Below, in pieces: positions 60,778-64,000 of a stretch of 64,000 nt of DNA. Source of the DNA: Halorarum halobium (GTDB lineage: Archaea; Halobacteriota; Halobacteria; Halobacteriales; Haloferacaceae); the NCBI RefSeq assembly GCF_032116555.1, contig NZ_CP134949.1, forward strand, positions 124,001 through 188,000, read 5' to 3'. Below the pieces are notes generated by a model. It had not been told where the DNA came from, searched no databases, and saw only the letters and a program-made list of their open reading frames with translations. Position numbers and translations under genes: made by a program. Within the stretch, counting starts at the first letter, position 1; every line of letters starts with the position of its first letter.

Positions 60778-60978
60778 ATGGGCGGAAAGAAGGCCGAGTC
60801 GTGCGGTCGCTGCGCGATGAGTTCGACGAGCAGCCTGCTCGAGGACGCGGACCCCTACGAGGGCGACCGCATCGAACTCGAGGACCGGGAGGCCCGCGCC
60901 GTCTCGCCGGCCGCGTGGCTCGGCGGCGTGAAGGACCGAATCGACGCATGGGCGACCGGACTGACCTACGGCCGCTGA
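60778..60978 (+). CDS. Small CxxC-containing hypothetical protein
   Basis: MGGKKAESCGRCAMSS...RAVSPAAW...LTYGR, 66 aa with typical codon usage. Confidence 0.7.
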   Translation: MGGKKAESCGRCAMSSTSSLLEDADPYEGDRIELEDREARAVSPAAWLGGVKDRIDAWATGLTYGR

Positions 60979-61067
60979 GTCGGCCCGGTCCCATCGGGCG
61001 TCGGCGAGCCGACTTCTTCACCGAACGTTCTCCACAAAAACCGTCACACAGCGGAACGCCGTCCCGC

Positions 61068-61397
61068 TCAGACGAGGACGTCGTACAGCGTAACCAGCAC
61101 GATGAAACTCCAGAGAAACACGCCGAACCCGTAGAACAGGAGCGGTAGACTGTATTGGGTCTCCGTCTCCGTCCCGAGCCAGCCACCCGTCGCGTCGAGC
61201 CCCTCGGCGGTTGCAAACCCGCCACCGTCCGCCGGCCCCGTGGTGCCGACGCTGAGGATGACGAGCACGAGCCCGCACCCGCCTCCGAAGAGGACGACGA
61301 ACCCCGAGCGTGTCGTGAAATGTATCGCTCCAACCGTGAGACAACCGAGGATGCCCGTATAGAGCAGAACGGGCCTCCAGAGTGCCGTGAGATTCAC
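61068..61397 (-). CDS. Small membrane protein
   Basis: 109 aa with three hydrophobic segments. Lower GC than its neighbours. Confidence 0.55.
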   Translation of the reverse strand: MNLTALWRPVLLYTGILGCLTVGAIHFTTRSGFVVLFGGGCGLVLVILSVGTTGPADGGGFATAEGLDATGGWLGTETETQYSLPLLFYGFGVFLWSFIVLVTLYDVLV

Positions 61398-61530
61398 GTC
61401 TGAGTACCGTAGCGAGCACGTGTGTCACCGCACGGTTAATTTTTGTGTCGGAGTGGACGCTCCCGCTCGACAATCGGAGCGGTTCAGTTTCGCCCCGAGG
61501 AGCACAGCGAACCCGAACCACCGCCGAGCG

Positions 61531-62274
61531 TCACGCGTTCTCGCCGACGACGCCGAGTTCCGCGACGACCGCCTCCGCGAGCGACGCGAACTCCGCCTCC
61601 GCCGGCACGACGTTCACCTCGACGCCCAGTTCCTCCGCCGTCTCGCGCGTCGGGTGGCCGATGCAGCCGACGACCGCCTCCGAGAGCCCCGCCAGCGCGG
61701 CGTCGCGGACGCCCCGCTCCGCGGCCGCGTCGAGGAAGTGCTCGACGGTCAGCGACGAGGTGAAACACGCGCCGGCCAGGTCGCGCTCGGCCGCCAGGTC
61801 GACCGATTTCCCGGCCCGCTCCGGGCGGACGAGTCGATAGAGCACCGTCTCGTTGACGGTCGCGCCGGCGCCCCGGAGTCCGTCCAGCAGCACCGGGCTC
61901 CCGTGGTCCGACCGGGCGACCTCGACCGTCGTCCCCGCCGCATCGTCGACGCGGTCCTCGAAGTCGTGGACCAGCCCCGCCGAGGAGTATTCCGAGGGGA
62001 CGAGTTCGACCGCCCAGCCCGCCTCGCTGGCGGCCTCCGCCGTCGCAGGGCCGATGGCCGCGAGCTTCGCGTCGCCGGGCTCCCAGCCGCCCCGTGCGGC
62101 GAGTTCGACGCCCGTCTTCGAGGTGAGCACGACCCACTCGGCCGACTCGGGCGTCGCGCCGGCCGGCTCGACCGCGAGCATCGGGTCCGCGACCGGCTCG
62201 ACGCCCAGATCCGTGAGCAGGTCGACCGCCGCCGACAGCCGCTCGTCGTCGGGGCGGAACACGGCGACGTTCAC
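61531..62274 (-). CDS. hemD: Uroporphyrinogen-III synthase
   Basis: VFRP, LTSKTGV, AIGPAT, FTSSLTV and CIGHPT. Last gene of the hem operon. Confidence 0.9.
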   Translation of the reverse strand: MNVAVFRPDDERLSAAVDLLTDLGVEPVADPMLAVEPAGATPESAEWVVLTSKTGVELAARGGWEPGDAKLAAIGPATAEAASEAGWAVELVPSEYSSAGLVHDFEDRVDDAAGTTVEVARSDHGSPVLLDGLRGAGATVNETVLYRLVRPERAGKSVDLAAERDLAGACFTSSLTVEHFLDAAAERGVRDAALAGLSEAVVGCIGHPTRETAEELGVEVNVVPAEAEFASLAEAVVAELGVVGENA

Positions 62275-63125
62275 TCGCCGTCACCTCCGGGCGCGGCGTC
62301 GTCGCCTCCGGTGGCCGTCGCGTCCGCGTCGCCCCGCCCGCGGAGGAACTCGACGACGCGCTCGCGGGTCGCGGCCACCTCGCCGATGACGGTCACGGCC
62401 GGCGGTTCGATGCCCGCCTCGTCCCGCACCTCGACGGCGTCCGCGAGCGTCCCGGTCGCGGCGCGCATGTCGGGCCACGTGCCGCGCTCGACCAGCGCGA
62501 CGGGCGTCCCCGGGTCCATCCCGGCCTCGCGCAGCGCAGCGGTGTACTTCGGCAGCTTGCCGACGCCCATCAGCACGACGAGCGTGCCGCCGGTCGCCGC
62601 GAGCGCGTCCCAGTCCACCGCGGACTCCGCCTTCTCCGGGTCCTCGTGGCCCGTGACGAACGAGACGGATGAGGCGTGCTCGCGGTGTGTGACCGGGATC
62701 CCCGCGACGCCGGGCGCGGCGACCGCCGAGGTGACGCCGGGAACGACCTCGAAGGGGACCCCGTGCTCGGCGAGGTGTTCGGCCTCCTCGCCGCCGCGAC
62801 CGAACACGAACGGGTCGCCCCCCTTCAGCCGCACGACCGACCGCCCGGACTCGGCGAGTTCGACCAGCCTGTCGTTCGTGTGCTCCTGGCTCGTGCGCTC
62901 GCCGCCGGCGCGCTTGCCGACGTCCTCGCGCTTCGCCTCGGGGATGGACTCGAGGATCTCGGGACCCGGAAGCTTGTCGTGGAGCACGACGTCCGCCTCG
63001 TCGATGAGCCGGCGGGCCTTCACGGTCAGCAGTTCCGGGTCGCCGGGGCCCGAGCCGACGAGCGAGATCGTTCCGGGCGTTCCGTCCGGAGACCGCACGC
63101 CTCCGGCCGACTCCGGTCCGGTCAT
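62271..63125 (-). CDS. cobA: Uroporphyrinogen-III C-methyltransferase
   Basis: LVGSGPGDPELLT, RLKGGDPFVFGRGGEE and VPGVTSA. Confidence 0.94.
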   Translation of the reverse strand: MTGPESAGGVRSPDGTPGTISLVGSGPGDPELLTVKARRLIDEADVVLHDKLPGPEILESIPEAKREDVGKRAGGERTSQEHTNDRLVELAESGRSVVRLKGGDPFVFGRGGEEAEHLAEHGVPFEVVPGVTSAVAAPGVAGIPVTHREHASSVSFVTGHEDPEKAESAVDWDALAATGGTLVVLMGVGKLPKYTAALREAGMDPGTPVALVERGTWPDMRAATGTLADAVEVRDEAGIEPPAVTVIGEVAATRERVVEFLRGRGDADATATGGDDAAPGGDGE

Positions 63126-64000
63126 TCCTCCTCCCTGGCGGCCTCGCCGTTCGCGTCCGCCTCGCGTTTCGCCGCCTCGATGAGGTCGGCCGCGCCGCGC
63201 TCGCGCAGGTCGGCCGCGAACTCGGCGGCCGCGTCGGCGTGCCGGCGGACCGGCAGGTCGCGGTTCGCCGCCACCTCCTCGCTCCCGTCGGCCGAGAGGA
63301 TCCGCGCGCGGACCTGCACGTGTTCTCCCTGCAGGAGCGCGCCGACGCCGATGGGCGCGATACAGCCGCCGCCCAGTTCCTTCAGGACGGTCCGCTCGAC
63401 GGTCGTGGCGATCCGGGTCGGCTGGTGTTCGACGGCGTCGTGGACGGCCTCCGTGGCGTCGCGGTCGGCAGTCGTGACGGCGATGGCACCCTGGCCCGGC
63501 GCGGGGACGAACTCCGCGCGTTCGAGCCGCTCGACCTCGTACTCGGGGCGGTCCAGCAGCCCGGAGCGTCGGAGGCCGGCCTCGGCGAGCACGACGGCGT
63601 CGAACTCCGTGTCGAGTTCGCGTTCGAGCGCCCGCCGCTGGAACTCCGAGAGGTCGTCGAACCACTCCTCGACCGTGCGGTCGTACTCGCTCCCGTCGCT
63701 GGAGGTGAGATCGCCCTTCCGGTCCCGTTTCTCCTCGACGCGGGCCTCGTGTTCGGCCTGGAGGTCCGGCGCGACGAGCTTCCGGAGCCGGGTGTCGACG
63801 TTGCCCCGGAGCGGCTCGACGGTGAGGTCGGGCCGGGCGGCGAGCACCTGCGCCTTCCGGCGGAGCGAGGACGTCCCCACGACCGAGCCGCTCGGGAGGT
63901 CCGCGACGGTGCCGCCCTCCCGGGAGACGAGCACGTCGCCCGACGGCGCGCGTTCCGGGACGCCCGCGACCCGGAGGTCGTCGGGCATCTCGGTCGGCAT
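63122..64000 (-). CDS. hemC: Hydroxymethylbilane synthase (3' part; starts beyond the window)
   Basis: VGTSSLRR, LRGNVDTR, PAPGQGA and GGGCIAPIG. Confidence 0.94.
   Translation of the reverse strand: MPTEMPDDLRVAGVPERAPSGDVLVSREGGTVADLPSGSVVGTSSLRRKAQVLAARPDLTVEPLRGNVDTRLRKLVAPDLQAEHEARVEEKRDRKGDLTSSDGSEYDRTVEEWFDDLSEFQRRALERELDTEFDAVVLAEAGLRRSGLLDRPEYEVERLERAEFVPAPGQGAIAVTTADRDATEAVHDAVEHQPTRIATTVERTVLKELGGGCIAPIGVGALLQGEHVQVRARILSADGSEEVAANRDLPVRRHADAAAEFAADLRERGAADLIEAAKREADANGEAAREEE

Overview
This is a very GC-rich chromosomal window from a halophilic archaeon (acidic proteins, haloarchaeal TATA boxes, many apparently leaderless starts). It contains the main replication origin region: polD small subunit, S26 signal peptidase, orc1/cdc6, an ORB-containing oriC intergenic region and oapABC. 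The rest is mostly core genes: aspartate kinase, tryptophanase, purO, tRNA-Gln(CTG), cgi121/hel308, lipA-pdhABC, a second Ski2-like helicase, acyl-CoA dehydrogenase, Fe-S oxidoreductase, sua5, an RPA operon, a cstA/arsA/CobW cluster and hemCD/cobA. I see no transposase, prophage, rRNA or CRISPR array. The most interesting signals are non-coding. (1) A four-copy palindromic intergenic element carries a nested ~57-nt double-hairpin cassette and usually abuts stop codons in a fixed orientation. (2) ORB-like boxes are dispersed up to ~15 kb from oriC. (3) Several genes are followed by duplicated 'echoes' of their own 3' ends. Coding highlights are a CstA-ArsA-small protein-CobW module, a NucS-N/zinc-ribbon gene near the second helicase, a frameshifted small zinc-finger gene and a 29-aa small ORF. 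All product calls come from motif recognition, not database searches, and start codons were adjusted by eye.
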